The notes below the pieces were generated by a model that was not told the DNA's origin, did no database searches, and was given only the letters and a program-made list of their open reading frames with translations. From the NCBI GenBank assembly GCA_043228905.1, contig JBHGNT010000021.1, positions 12,028,001-12,092,000 on the forward strand: 64,000 bases of DNA, read 5' to 3'. Shown here piece by piece: positions 10,293 through 23,600 of the stretch. A program made the position numbers and the translations under genes. Within the stretch, counting starts at the first letter, position 1, and the number at the start of each line of letters is the position of its first letter. Source of the stretch: Azolla caroliniana. Lineage: Eukaryota; Plantae; Polypodiophyta.

Positions 10293-11922
10293 CCGCTCTT
10301 AGGTCGCTCTCCGTCCTCTCCTCCGTCTCAGTCGGTGTCCGGTCGTCGTCATCATCTTCCGACCGTGCGTTTGGTTCGTTGTCTCGGCCGTTTGTCTGTT
10401 TCTCCGGCCTTGTCTTGCCCTCGGTCGCACCGACTGCTCCATCCATTGTCCAGCTATTCGGCCGGTTTCCGAACATTCCGGTCAATCCTTCCACTCTTCG
10501 GCCGATGTTTGGCTGTCGTTCCGTATTTGTCCGGCCCTGTCCACCGACTCCATCTCCATCTCCAGTTGTCTCTACCCGTCCTTCTCTCTCTGTCCGGTCA
10601 TTTTGTGTCGCCGACTCCGTTATTGTCTCTATTGGTTTCCGTCCGTCTCCATTCCTGTCTCCATCTCTATCGCTTCGTCTGTTGCTGTGTGTGTCTGTCC
10701 GGCCCCGCCGTTGTTGCCGGTTGTCGTTGATGTCTGACGGTTGTCTCGTCCATCACTTTTCAGTGTCACTGTCGTTGTTTCGGTCATCTACTCCGGTAGG
10801 CTTTCCGGTTGCTTCGGTGGTAACCAACTCTGGTTCTAGTTCCGACTCTCTCCGCGATGCTTCTTTTGGACACTGTGAACACTTCCGATTCCGGTCCCGT
10901 GCATTCTCAGCACATCCTGCCGGCCTCCGCTCCACACACTGCGTCTTCCTCCGCAGTCTCCTGGTGAGCATCTCTTTCCGATAGTGCTGGCACCGGCTCC
11001 CTTGTAACCGGAGTTTTTTTTGTCGGTTCTTGCTCCATTGTCCGTCTGGCCGTCTTTCTAGTTACTTGTCTCCGTCTTTCTGGTGTTCTCTCGCACCATG
11101 CTTTCTTGCACACACACATTGCTAACTGCAAATTTGCATATATGTTGTAGCCATTCTCACACACTCACAATGCGGTCGTACATTTTTGGCAACATTTCTC
11201 GGACATTTATGACAAAATAGACCAAATAAAACACACATATATAGAGATTAATTTGTTGTAGAATTGTATGGCAATCAATCTTCCATTTCCGATTTCTTTC
11301 GCACATAATCGTAGCGTTTTGCTTCATTTCATTGTTGTCATGTCTCTGTTGCGTATTAGTCTTCGACTTCATCTCCAAAAGGGGGTCGCCTTAGTGGTCG
11401 CCAAATGGTGTTGTAGGTTTTAGGGTTAGGGTTAAGGATGATGATAATCATGATAAAGATAGACATGGTGGTTATGATGATGATGGAGAGTATGGGATTG
11501 ATGGCGAGAGAGATCATGTGCATTGACAAGCATTGCGGGGTGGGGGGTGGTGCCTAGAATGGCTCCACCCCCCTCCCAAGGGGGTTCAACGTTAAGGAGA
11601 GGGAAGAGAGAGAGAGAGAGATGAAAAGAGAGATAGATAGAGAGAAATGATTCATTCATTCATTCATTCATTCCCCATAAAGGGGTTAAATAATACAAGA
11701 GGGGGTAGATACAAAGGGGTGTAAGCCCCCCTAAAGCATTCATATTGGACACTCACTCACACCTCATCGTATCCCTCCACATGCACACACGTGTGCATGT
11801 GTTCACATACATATCGACTCACAATTACATTTATGTTCCCTACACATATACAACATCATCATGATAATATTCGACCCTCACTCATCACACTTGACTCTCC
11901 GTACAGCTCGTACGGGGTAACA
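10293..11922 (-). mobile_element. 5' part of OTA-like gypsy element OTA-F (LTR 11409-11922, PBS, 5' internal region)
   Basis: LTR TGTTACCCC...CCTACAACA interrupts the RT of Gy-B at 11922/11923. PBS TGGCGACCAC at 11394-11403. Same PBS and TGTTACC start as OTA-E. Confidence 0.75.
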
Positions 11923-12997
11923 TTTGGCAGAGTGAACCACCGATTCGAGTATGGGGCGCTTGACGGCTCGAGGATACCCATCTCGATCTTTTCCTTGAGT
12001 AGCTCAATCAACTTGGGGATCGGAACCGGAATTGGTTTGATGTTCCACAATACATGCGGTACCGTAAAGCTCACCATTGGCTCCACGATCTTAGGGTTTG
12101 CACACCCTATCTCACCCGATGAGAAGGTGAAATCCCTTCTGTGGCTTTCGATCATCCTTCTAAATCTTTCCTCCTCCCTAGGCAATAGGAAGCCACCCCC
12201 ATCAATCCGGAACTTCCGTCACGTCTCGTCGGTGAATCGGCGCCCTATGCCTCGTGGGTCTCACAAGCTAGGATCAGCTGCTACCCCCTTTATCCGATCC
12301 TAACTATCGTTAGGCAATGGGGAAACCACTGGCTTCACCTTCTTGTCCATGGTCTTGTACTTCGTTTGCACCTCGACTGTCCTCGCTTCCTCGATCAACC
12401 GCCCAAGGTCTTCGATGGCGGTGTACATGTCAACTGAGTTGACTAGAATTACCTTTTCTTCATTGAGGCCAGAAGCGACTATCCTCTCCATCTCTCCGAG
12501 AGTGTCGTCGAACGAGACCGCCTCCATGGTGCCTCTTATGGTATCAACTTCCCCTAATAAATTACATTGTTTGAGATAGCTTTCATATCTCTTGTCCCTA
12601 CACTTATCTCTATCACTTAAACTAGTAATTTTACAAGCTCCATTTTTGGAGAACCAAAATTGTTTCCTATTACATTTAATAGTTTTGCAAGGGTTTAGGG
12701 TTTTAGTTTGCCTCGGGCTATTGTGGCCCCACTCTTTAATAGCCCGCATAAAAAATCCTCTCGGCTCTCCCCTTTGAGGGAGTCTCAATTGCGCTCATGG
12801 TTGGGCCTCACCGTAAGGAATTGGACTGAATGCTTCCCATCTTGGCTCTTGACCCTCGCATATGCGGACCCGTTGTCTAGCATCTTCATCTCCATGCGAG
12901 CCGCCGTGATGTATGGTTCACCCAAGATGACCAGGTGCGAGGACATCTCTTGAACGAAGAAATGTTGATCTATTTCTACGTCCCCCACCTTCACCCA
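11923..12997 (-). mobile_element. Ty3/gypsy fragment Gy-B (PR C-terminus, frameshift site, RT N-terminus), diverged relative of Gy-A
   Basis: ORFs 12785-12997, 12300-12788 and 11923-12185 align with Gy-A proteins (EIDQHFFVQE, EAVSFDDTLG, ILEPSSAPYSNRWFT). Confidence 0.9.
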
Positions 12998-13287
12998 TGT
13001 TGGGAATTGGTCTCTTCGAATGGGATCCAGTGATGAATAAAGAGGACCCGGTGAGAACTGGAAGAGATTCGGAAACCGGAGGAGAGCCGGTGAAAACCGG
13101 AAGAGATCCGAAAACCGGATCGGTGGACCCGATGAGAATCGGAAGAGAAGACAGATTTGTAAATATGTCTTAAATAAGCCCATTGAGGCTATATTTGTAA
13201 ATAGCCCTAAGTTCATATAACTATAAATATGACTTCGAGCAATCACTTTAGGTGTGATGGTGTTGTTGTCATATTGTTGCAACTGTT

Positions 13288-13320
<33 letters not shown>

Positions 13321-16300
13321 CAAAGTTATACTCTATTGTAACCGCCACGGTACGAAAAAACAGAGCTCGAGGCCGTTGCCTCCGACTCTCTGTTTGTACC
13401 CCTTCTCTTCATAGTGATAGTTCGAAGTCTGTGGGCTCCCGTGGTTTTTCCCTATTAGGGTTTTCCACGTAAACATCTTGTGTCATTTTCTTGTGTACTC
13501 TCCACTTCCCATTTCTGTGTTTGATTCTTAAAGAAGTGATTTACTACTCGGTTGTGGACGAACGATATTCCTTGAGTTTCTCTACAAACTGGTATCAGAG
13601 CGAACAACACAGGAAATGGATGAATCTCACGGTGGCATGTTCAAGCTCACCGGCTCCAACTACTCAGTGTGGAAGTCGAAGATGTGGGACATGCTGGTGG
13701 TTAAAGATCTTTGGTTGCCGGTTCCGTTCGGGGACAAGAGAACGGATAAGATCGACGCCACGGTGTGGGAGGTGATGCACATGAAGACGACAACATACAT
13801 CTGGTGCTTCATCAACATGATCCTGTACAACAACTTCAATGAAGAGAGCAAGGCTCATGAACTCTGGGAGAAGATCGGCATCATGTTCTAGAACAAGAAT
13901 GTTGTTAATCGGGTTTTGGTATTTGGTAAGATAGTGAGGCTCTGGTACCAAGACGACTCCAATATGGCGGAGCACATGAATGCCTTCCAGGGGCTGATAC
14001 ACCAAGCAACCTCATTGGAAGTACCTATCGCCGATGAGGTAGTTGCTCTACTCCTGCTCGGTTCCCTCCCGGATAGCTGGGAGACGTTAGTTGTCACGTT
14101 GGGCAATGCCAAGCCGGAAGGAAAACAGCTATCCCTAGCAAGGGTCAAGTAGAGCTTGCTAGATGAGGAGGCGCGTCGGAAAGACAAGGAGGTGACCTCC
14201 GACGCCAAAGCCCTCCTTACCGAATCGGAATGCGGAAGACAGAGGAATCAGAGTCCCCAAAACCGGGAAAAGTCGGGGACATGGTCAAAGTCAAGGGGGA
14301 GGCCCACTTGCTTCTATTGCGGCAAGCCAGGGTACTTCCAGAAGAACTGTCGGCATTTTCGGAAAGACAAGGGAACCAACTGTACCGATTCGAAGAAATC
14401 ACCGGACCGAAACGGTTCGGATCGGCGAGGCCCGAACCAGAAGGGAACGACGGCGATCGCGGCAAGTGAAGAAGAACTAATCCTCATCACCAAGGAGAGT
14501 GAGTTGAACCTTGTCGTCGACGAGACAACGTGGGTTGTCAATTCCGGAGCATCGTTCCACCTTACCCCAGACTGGAAATGCTTCTCATCCTACACAACCA
14601 GTGAGCACGGTTGTGTCCGGATGCGGAATGAAGGGACATGCTGAATTATTGGCATAGGAGATGTGTTGTTGACGACATCAACCGGATGCAAGTTGCTGCT
14701 AAAGGATGTCCGACACGTTTCGGAGGTTCATCTGAACCTGATATCAGCCGATCGGCTAGATGATGAAGGCTACACAGGTAGCATCTGGAACGGTGTTATG
14801 AAGTTCTGCAAAAGGAGCTTAAGAGTGGCTCGAGCCCGGAATATCAACACACTGTATTTAATGAATGCCTGGATATGCCGGGAAGAAGTGAACATAGCAC
14901 CCGACACTACCGGTGAGCTGTGGCACAAAAGACTGTGTCACATGAGTGAGAAGGGGATGAAGAGGCTTGCAGAGGACCACCTCATTCCGATGAAGGAGGT
15001 GCAATTTGAGAAGTGCACCTACTACCTAGCCAGCAAGCAAAACCACACCTCCTTCTGGTCAAGACCACCGATGTGTGTCTACTTGACACGAAGTCACATG
15101 CTGGATCGCAGTACTTCGTGATGTTCATAGACGACCACAACTGGAAGCTATGGGTCTCACCATTGAGGATGAAGGACCAAGTGTTATCCGTCTTCAAGGA
15201 GCTCCACACGACAATGGAAAGAGAAACCGGCCGGAAGCTAAAGGCGGTTCGAGCAGATAATGGAGGAGAATATCGGGGGCAGTTCAAGGAGTACTGTCGG
15301 TCAAAGGGAATCCGGCTCGAATCCACCGTGCCGAAGACACTGGAACTAAACAAGTTGGCCGAAAGGATGAAATGGACCATAATGGAGAGAGTCCAGAGCA
15401 TGCTCGCTCATTCCAAGTTACCCAAGACGTTTTGGGCTGAGGCGCTGACGACGGCAACCTATGTGATAAACAGATCCCCTCAGTACCCTTGGACAGAGAC
15501 TCACCGCAGAAAGTATGGACCGGTAGGGATGTGTCTTACCGGCATCTGAAGGTGTTCGGGTGTCTCACATACGTGCATGTGGTGAAGGACAAGAGAGCAA
15601 AGTTGGATCCGAAGTCCTGACCATGTATATTCCTTGGATACAACGATGATGAGTTCGGTTACTGGGTGTGGGATCTGGTCGACAGAAAGGTGTTCCGGAG
15701 TCGGGACATAGTCTTCATGGAAGACAGAACCATTGCCAACTGGGAGTCGGAGAAGAAGGTAACGAACTTGGGATCATCCATTGAAAACCGGCTTGAGGAC
15801 AAAAGGATATACCCGGTTGAAAACCGGATGTTAGCCGTTAACCGGATGACACTCGACGAACCGGCCGGATTCGGACAAGAAACCGAACCGACCGAAGAAG
15901 AAGAAGAAAAAGACACCGAAACCAAACAAGATCCCGAATCGGATTCGGACGAGGAACATATGGAGGAACTGGCAATCAAAAACCAAGGACGGAGATATCA
16001 TCTCCGGGAGAGAAGAGCCCCCCGAAGATTTCCGGATGCACAACATGTGTTGCTAACCGATGAGGAGGAGCCGGAAAGCTTTGAAGAAGCAAGGGGAGAC
16101 ACCCACAACCGCAAGTGGTTGAGTGCCATGCAGGATGAGATGGATTCTCTACATGAGAACCACACATATGAACTGACGGAGGTGCCAAAAGGGAAGAGAG
16201 CATTCCGAAACAAGTGGGTGTACAAGATGAAACCGGGAGACGCCAGAAATCCACCAAGGTATAAGGCCCGAATCGTGGTGAAGGGCTTCCAACAGAAGAA

Positions 16301-18366
16301 AGGAGTGGACTTCGATGAGATCTTTGCCCCGATAGTAAAGATGACATCCATCCGGATGGTTTTGGGCATAGCGGCAAGCATGGACCTCGAGGTAGAGCAA
16401 CTGGATGTCAAGACGGCATTCCTACACGGAGACCTCAAAGAAGAGATCTACATGCATCAACCGGAAGGATTTGAGAAGAAAGGGAAGGAGCACTTGGTGT
16501 GCCGGCTGAAGGAGAGCTTATACAGACTGATGCAAGCTCCCCGGCAATGGTACCGGAAGTTTGACTCCTTCATGACCGATCAAGGGTACCACAAGACGCA
16601 GGCCGATCACTGCGTGTTTGTGAAGAAATTTGATGGAGGAGATTTCCTGATATTGCTCCTGTACGTGGTCGACATGTTGATCGTCGGGCGAGACCAAGTC
16701 AAGATACGGATGTTGAAGAAGGCCCTTAACCGGACCTTCTCAATGAAAGATTTGGGTCCGGCAAGACAGATATTGGGGATACACATCATCCGGGACCGGT
16801 CGAAGAAGCAATTGTGGGATTCACAGGAAAAGTACGTGACAAAGGTGCTTCAACGGTTTAACATGTCAGAAGCAAAACCGGTCGAATCGACACTCCCGAC
16901 AAACTGCAGATTATCAAGTAAGCAAAGCCCGAAGAAAAAGGCAGAGAAGGTGGATATGATGAAGATTCCATATGCCTCTGCGGTCGGGAGCTTGATGTAT
17001 GCAATGGTGTGTACTTGACTGGATATTGGATACGCAGTCGGAGTGGTGAGCCGTTTCATGACCAACCCCAGAAAAGAGCACTAGAATGCAGTAAAATGGA
17101 TACTCCGGTACTTGAAGGGAACTTCGAGTATGTGCCTCCGATTCGGCTCCGGTAAACCCCTCATAGAAGGATTTACCGATTCGGATATGTCGACGGATGT
17201 GGACACCAACCGGTCAACTTTCGGATATGTCATGCACTATGCAGGGGGAGTCGTTTCGTGGCAATCGAGGCTGCAGAAGACAGTTACGTTGTCAACCACG
17301 AAGGCGGAGTACATGGCAGCTGTGGAAGCCGGCAAGGAAATATTATGGATGAAGGACTTCATCGGAGAGCTAGGGATCCGGCAAGAGGAATATCGGCTCT
17401 ACTCCGACAATCAAAGTGCCATCCACCATTCTAGAATGAAGCACATCAGCGCAGGTACCACCGGATCCGGGAGCGAGTTGAAGATCGAGAGTTCGTGCTG
17501 ACGAAGATTCACACGGAGGAGAACGGGTCGGATATGTTGACGAAGGTGCTAACACTCGACAAGCTAGACGCATGCTGGAAACGGATCGGACTTACAAGAC
17601 ATTCCATACCGGAGTGAAGGGGGAGATTGTTGGGAATCGGTCTCCAACTACCAAATCAAACTGAGTCGACGCACGGTGGAATCAAGTAGAAGCCCATTCG
17701 ATCAAAATCGAATCTGAGCTAGTCAACCGAGCTAGTACTTGGCAAAATCAAGAACTAACTGAAGAACAAAGGGAAATGGCCGAACAAGGAACCGAATTCA
17801 GTGCATCCAGCGCAGGTACCACCGGATCCGGGAGCGAGTTGAAGATCGAGAGTTCGTGCTGACGAAGATTCACACGGAGGAGAACGGGTCGGATATGTTG
17901 ACGAAGGTGCTAACACTCGACAAGCTAGACGCATGCTGGAAACGGATCGGACTTACAAGACATTCCATACCGGAGTGAAGGGGGAGATTGTTGGGAATCG
18001 GTCTCCAACTACCAAATCAAACTGAGTCGACGCACGGTGGAATCAAGTAGAAGCCCATTCGATCAAAATCGAATCTGAGCTAGTCGACCGAGCTAGTACT
18101 TGGCAAAATCAAGAACTAACTGAAGAACAAAGGGAAATGGCCGAACAAGGAACCGAATTCAGTGCATCCAGCGCAGGTACCACCGGATCCGGGAGCGAGT
18201 TGAAGATCGAGAGTTCGTGCTGACGAAGATCCACACGGAGGAGAACGGGTCGGATATGTTGACCAAGGTGCTAACACTCGACAAGCTGGACGCATGCCGG
18301 AAACGGATCGGACTTACAAGACATTCCATACCGGAGTGAAGGGGGAGATTGTTGGGAATCGGTCTC
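12998..18366 (+). mobile_element. Decayed Ty1/copia element Co-C (5' LTR 12998-13586, PBS 13590-13601, gag-pol pseudogene, 3' LTR truncated to 17 bp)
   Basis: TGTTGGGAA...TCTACA LTR and TGGTATCAGAGC PBS. Fragmented ORFs 13616-17617 are homologous to Co-A. PPT is followed by TGTTGGGAATCGGTCTC only. Confidence 0.92.
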
Positions 18367-18521
18367 CAACTACCAAATCAAACTGAGTCGACGCACGGTG
18401 GAATCAAGTAGAAGCCCATTCGATCAAAATCGAATCTGAGCTAGTCGACCGAGCTAGTACTTGGCAAAATCGAGAACTGACTAAAGAACAAGGGGAAATG
18501 GCCGAACAAGGAACCGAATTC
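17447..18521 (+). repeat. Tandem triplication, 361-bp unit
   Basis: CAGCGCAGGTACCACCGGATCC recurs at 17447, 17808 and 18169. Confidence 0.95.
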
Positions 18522-20685
18522 GAATCGGTCGAAGAAGTCGAAGAAGAACCGACCGTGCCAAACAAGGGCCGAAGATATCCTCTAAGAGAAAGGAGGGGCC
18601 CCATAAGATTTCCGGATGAAGAGCGTATACCACTAACCGATGAAAGGGATCCAGAAAGCTTTGAAGAAGCTAAGGAAGATACCCACAACCGAAAGTGGTT
18701 GAGTGCCATGCAAGAGGAGATGGATTCCTTGCATGAGAACCACACATACGAACTGACCGAACTTCCAAGAGGAAAGAAGGCACTTTGGAATAAATGGATA
18801 TACAAGTTGAAACTGGGAGATGGCAAGAATCCACCCAGGTACAAAGCTCGAATCGTCTTGAAAGGCTTTCAGTAGAAGAAGGGTGTTGATTTTGAAGAAA
18901 TATTTGCCCCGGTTGTAAAGATGACGTCAATCTGATCCATGCTGAGCATCGTGGCCACAATGGATCTCAAAGTCGAACAACTGGACGTCAAAACTGCCTT
19001 GCTCCATGAAGCTTTGGAGGAAGAGATATACATGCACCAACCGGAAGGATTCGTGGAAAAAGGTAAAGAAAATCTAGTATGCCAATTGAGGAAGAGCTTG
19101 TACGGTTTGAAGCGAGCTCCTTGGCTATGGTACTGAAAATTCGAATCCTTCATGATCGACAACGGGTACCACAAAATGCAGGCCGATCATTGCGTATTTG
19201 TGAAGAAATTCGACAGAGGAGATTTCCTCATCCTCCTGTTGTACATGGATGACACATTGATTGTTGAACGGAACCATACGAAGATCCGAGTGCTGAAGAA
19301 AGCCTTGAGCAAATCATTCTTGATGAAGGATATGGGTTTCAGCAAAGCAAATCTTGGGGATGCACATTGTTTGGGATCGAACAAAGAAATTGGTGTGGCT
19401 GTCACAAGGAAAATACATGACAAAGGTACTCCAAAGATTCTGCATGGAAAACGCAAAACCGGTCGGCTCGACACTGCCGACGAGCTACAAGCTAAGCAAA
19501 GAACAATGTCTGAAATCGAAAATCGAGAAGGCCGAGCTGTCAAAAGTTCCTTATGCCTCGGTGTTTGGAAGCCTGATGTATGCGATGGTATGTACCAGGA
19601 CGGACATAGGATACGCAGTCGGCATGGTTAGCTGATACATGAGAAACCCTGGAAGAGAGCATTGGGCTGCCGTGAAGTGGATACTTCGGTACCTAAAAGG
19701 CACCTCGAACATGTGTCTTCGTTTTGGTTTGGGTAACCCCACACTGAAAGGTTATACTGACTCGGACATGTCGGCTAATGTGGATACCAGCTAATCCACA
19801 TCCGTGTTTGTAATGACTTATGCAGGGGGGGAAGTTGTTTCGTGGCAGTCGAGGCTACAGAAGGCCATGGCACTGTCGACCACAAAAGTCGAATATATGG
19901 CCGTAGCAGAAGCCAGCATGGAAATCATATGGATGAAGGAGTTTATCGGTGAGCTAGGAATTCAACATGAGGAATTCCAACTCCATTGCAATAACCAGAG
20001 TGCCATCCACCTTCCGAAAAATGCCTCCTACCACTCGAGAACCAAACACATCTAGAAAATATTTCATTGGCTCCGAGAGTGAGTAGAAGAAAAGGAGTTT
20101 GCTCTAGTGAAGATCCACATGGCCGAAAATGGATCGGATATGCTAACGAAGGTGTTGTCAGCCGAAAAGCTAAATGCGTGCCGATAGAGAGTTGGTTTGG
20201 TAAAGTACCCCATGCCGGAGTGAAGGGGGATTTTGTTAGGAAACATGTCCCTCCAAATGGGAAGAGAAGTACCATGTTGGTGAGTATCTCTCGGCCTCGG
20301 CCGAAATCGTAATTGTTTCGGAAGACTATAATTGTAAATAGTCTAAAATACCCTTGTGGGCTATACTTGTAAATAGCGAGAAAATTACTTTTGTTTATAA
20401 GCAACTAGGGCAAACTTTAGTAATGTGTAGTTAATCATTATTGAAAAGTTAGAATGAGGTAGTTGCCTCTTTAACCATGAGTGAGAGAGTGAGAGTGCAA
20501 CTTTGTAGCTGTCTGTCAAACGAAGGAGAACTCGAGGGCGTTGACTCAGAGTTCCGTATTTGTACTTCCTCTCTACTATAGTGATATGTGTCTCTGTGTC
20601 TTCACGACTTTTTTTGTGTACTAGTTCTTGGTTTCTGCACACGCATACGAACGTGTAATCGGTTGTGTCTGGTCGATTCCTAACA
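18367..20685 (+). mobile_element. 3' half of older Ty1/copia element Co-D (RT-RNase H pseudogene, PPT, 3' LTR 20234-20685)
   Basis: Fragmented RT/RNase H ORFs, PPT GTGAAGGGGGA, LTR TGTTAGGAA...TTCCTAACA. Confidence 0.9.
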
Positions 20686-23600
20686 CATTGGCCCTACCAG
20701 CTCTACCCACCCAGGATAGAAAACTAAGAGCCTTGCAGTTGCCACAGGACGAATGGCAAGACGAAACACCGGCCTGCACCCCAACCTTACCTCGAGCCGA
20801 GTCGAAGAACCATGACACCCCCGACAACATTACCATTTGGGAGAGCGGCAAACCTCAATCCTCCACGATCTGTATCACGTCCCCACGACCCACAGCCACT
20901 CTACGCCCAGAGCAGAAAACAGACAACCGAAAACCCGGTATGGGTACGGATCAATCCTCGGTGACCCAACAGGAGCGGGATCGCAATGAACTCAAGCCAA
21001 GAAACGCCGCCCACAACATCGCAACGAGGAAGGAACAACCGCGGACTCCTTAGCCGAAGACTAGCAACTGGTCAGTGTACCAAAGAAGACAGTCGTAGTC
21101 GTCATGGCTAAACCCCTCGCTTTGACCGATCAGATCGAACAAGGACAACAATCACGGTTCTCGGAGGATGAGGTAATCACTTTCAAGGACTTACCAGCCG
21201 AATCACATGAGCTCAGTGCCATTTCACAACACGACACAAGTTACGAACTCATTGATTTCCTTGCTCGCCTCAAAGTCGTTGTCGCGGCCCGCATGGCCCA
21301 ACAACACACCGAACAACAAATGGTGGAAAGGGCATTGGCCAACGAAATGGAATCTGGCGATGAGCCCAAGTTACAAAAAGTAGGATGGAAGAGAGCCACA
21401 AAGAAACGTCACACACGCATCGAGCTACCCGACCTCAACACGATGCTTGTCGAGGTTTACCGCGAGATGGCAAAGACTACATGCGCTGCTAAAGATATGG
21501 TTGTTAGCAGCAAAGAAGCAAGGAAGCGAGCCAAGACAGCCACTAAGTTGTGGCAATCTTCGGAACTCCGTTTGGCCGCACTAGAGGCACGGCTCCAAAC
21601 AAACACCGAGTCCACTTTGCTCGGCTTGCCCCCTCCCACCTGCCACCCACACGAAGCGTCGACCCAAACGGAACTATGAAGTTGTGTTGAGTTGGTCGAC
21701 ATATCTACCCAAACAAAACCACCCAGCCCCTACGTGATGCACGATGAAACAACCCAAACCGAGGGTGATCACAACACGACTCCATTCAAAGATGCTATTT
21801 ACCGATATAAGGAAGAACTTATCATTCAAATAGCCATCGCGGACAAACCTAAGGAACGTTACAACATAGCCAAAGTCGAGGCAACCGAAATAAAGGAGCA
21901 AGCAACAAAAAGGGAAGTCGAGCTACAAAAAGGAACTACTCCACGACGAGACAACCAAGCTCTAGGAAACAGAAAACAACGTTGCAGCCGCCCTCAGGAC
22001 TACACAAGATATAGCAGCCGCACAAATAACATCTCTAAACAAGGACCTCGTGGAATTACAGGTGCACTCCAGTCAGTTCCTGCAAAAATTGGACCAAACC
22101 GAGCAAGAGCGATGCCAACTGGTGGACTCCCTTCATGAACATCAAATGAACTCAGCATCGTAACTCGAAAGGCAACTCGAAAGGGAGAAGGAAAGAGAAA
22201 GAAACGACACACTTAATTACAGTAACAGTCGATTACAATATCCAGAGATTGCAAACTTTGACGAATACAACCGGCAAGGCGGCGATGGACCCGACACGGG
22301 GATCCTACTCACGCACACAAACAGAACACACTCGACTCAAAGAAACAGAAAGGGGAGAGCCTCTGTTGGAAGCACACGGGCTGTCCACGAAGTAGAGGCA
22401 GCGAACTCCCAACACCTACAGAGACCGACGATCGGAGGAGAAGAGAGAGCTCGGCACTCAAATCTGCAGCAGCCCTCCGTCCTTGCCAACGCGCGATACC
22501 ATTTCCCCCCTTCCCTCCCTCCTTCAATAGTTCCCTAAAAGGGGGAGGGGGGGGGGGTCCCTTTCTCCCTAGTCAAAACCGCTTTATTCCATGTCCCTTT
22601 CGACAGAGATACGCACAAATCCCCTAATAAATGTGTACTACCTAGTATTTATATCAGCCGACCTAATTACGAATTTATGTACAAAATATCAATTCTCGCA
22701 TCCACCCGTGTAAGAGCCGGTTCATGCGCCTTTTTCTCTGATTCCGCCCATGGCCGGTTTTCTTCATGACATCCACCCCCACCAAACCGCGCATCCACCG
22801 GCATGCGCCAGAGACGAGTAGATACCGAAGAAAACCGGCTTCACTCTCCGATTCTTCGCCGGGCCCAAACCGATCGTCGTCGTCGCTCTCGCTTGCCGAC
22901 TCCGACTCGTCTTCGAACCGCTTCTTGAACGCTTTGATCCGCTTTCCGGCCACCGGTATTGCTAACCATGTACCGTCGAGTTCCGCTAGGTGGTTCATGT
23001 CGTTGTTGTTCGCGCTCGTCACCGTGTAGGGCCCGAACCATCTCCTAGCGAACTTTCACACCGCCTTGTGTTGATTGTCGAGGTTGTTGTCGTATAACAA
23101 GACCTAGTCGCCTTCCTCGATCTTCTTTGGTCGCAACTGGTGCGTCCGGTTCAACCGGGTCTTGTTCCGCTCCCTTGTTGTCCGTAGCTTTTCCTTTGCC
23201 CGTTTCACGTCCTCCGGCCTCCGCTCGAGTTGCCGAATCCGCGCCGCAAGCAACTCCTCCCGGCTCATCTCGTCCTTCCAATCTACTGCCACCCATGAAG
23301 GAACTATTTGTTCTACCGTCATGATCGGCTTCTGTCCGTATATCAGCTCTGCCGACATAAACCCTGTCACCGAACTATCCGTAGTTCGGTCCGCCCATAG
23401 TGCGTAAGGAAGGAGCCTCGGCCAATTCCTGACCTGCCCTCCACATGCACGCACCAACGCCTTTACGATCGGCCCGTGCCCACGTTCTACCTTCCCGTTC
23501 GCCTTCGGATTGTATGTCGTAGTGAGGGAGAGTTTGACCCCTAGCCGGTCGAACAGCTCTTGAGCTTCCCGTGCATCCAGCTCTCCCCGGTCCGCCACGA

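Noticed and set aside
6748-10984. Long plus-strand ORFs (6748-7557, 7912-8853, 10205-10984)
   Set aside because: Antisense shadows of GC-rich retrotransposon sequence with no recognisable domains.
11418-11434. Interstitial telomere or chromosome healing site
   Set aside because: Only 2-3 units and located inside the OTA-F LTR end.
17447-18521. CRISPR-like array
   Set aside because: Units are contiguous 361-bp copies with no unique spacers, in a eukaryotic TE context.
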